Shown here piece by piece: positions 63,644 through 64,000 of a stretch of 64,000 nucleotides of DNA; the first letter of the stretch is position 1; every line of letters begins with the position of its first letter. The DNA comes from a virus. Taxonomy: Duplodnaviria; Caudoviricetes. The notes below the pieces were generated by a model. It was not told where the DNA came from. It did not search any database and was given only the letters and a program-made list of their open reading frames with translations. A program made the position numbers and the translations under genes. The DNA is taken from IMG/VR virus record IMGVR_UViG_3300042451_000960. The stretch is one strand, 5' to 3'.

Positions 63644-64000
63644 ATCTTTTCCAATCCTTGCTTTTCTGCGTATTGATTTATAAAACCTTTTACTTGTCCA
63701 CTTTGTAAAACACTAGTAAATTCATCAACTGCTTTATTTAGTGTTAGTAATTTCCATTGAAAATATGTTACATTTAACATAGTATCGGTTGGTATATTTC
63801 TAGAACTTTTATCCTTATCAGGATATAATTCTTTAAATACTTTTTCCAATTCATTTTCTGCCGGTTTGCTTGTCAACCATTTTCTAACTAATGATTTTTC
63901 ATAAGTAAACTTTTCAAAATCAAATTTACCATTTTTTTCTTTTGATTGTAATGATTTAAGTTTACTATCATTTTTTAAAGTATAGTAAACAAACTTATTA
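63640..64000 (-). CDS. Hypothetical protein, 5'-truncated by window edge
   Basis: Frame of the listed 78-aa ORF (TTG start) stays open to position 64000 on manual translation; ATGA overlap with next gene. Confidence 0.7.
   Translation of the reverse strand, partial: NKFVYYTLKNDSKLKSLQSKEKNGKFDFEKFTYEKSLVRKWLTSKPAENELEKVFKELYPDKDKSSRNIPTDTMLNVTYFQWKLLTLNKAVDEFTSVLQSGQVKGFINQYAEKQGLEKI

Noticed and set aside
1-64000. Stop-codon reassignment (TAG/TGA), common in some large phages
   Set aside because: Very long ORFs are intact under the standard code, coding density is high, and TAG terminates genes at sensible positions (39471, 47425).
1-64000. tRNA, rRNA, CRISPR array, integrase/transposase
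   Set aside because: No cloverleaf, spacer-repeat array or recombinase motifs seen; intergenic spaces are short and explained by promoters and terminators.

Overview
AT-rich (roughly 30% GC by eye) 64-kb segment of a large T4-like myovirus genome, almost entirely virion morphogenesis genes on the minus strand. In transcription order (right to left): Ntn-hydrolase, gp5-like hub/spike, CHAP and GH19 wall hydrolases, gp25, gp6, DNRLRE-type protein, gp7-like wedge, three tail-fibre-anchor-like proteins, a small replication/recombination block (GIY-YIG, primase, single-chain Mre11-Rad50), a 2704-aa tail fibre with S74 chaperone, a glycosylation cassette (GT4-methyltransferase-GT25-like fusion, Aah/TibC-type protein heptosyltransferase, HldC-type adenylyltransferase), an NMNAT-like/ligase-fold fusion, terminase, portal, protease, scaffold, major capsid, neck gp13/14/15, and a >2496-aa ORF running off the left edge that the ORF track missed. 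Two TTTG-N20-TAnnTTTG promoters and near-absence of Shine-Dalgarno sites point to a Bacteroidota host. Main leads: (1) the missed giant ORF carries 11 tandem ~108-aa repeats resembling phycobiliprotein globin domains with the bilin-binding C-x-R-D motif; (2) a probable phage-encoded virion protein heptosylation/glycosylation system with a candidate (S/T)-(G/A/S)-S target motif enriched in outer virion proteins; (3) a hidden 58-aa plus-strand ribbon-helix-helix gene with a candidate operator; (4) polyprotein-like internal head proteins; (5) a conserved late-promoter-like ATATTTAT motif. All family assignments come from motif recognition by eye, not database searches.
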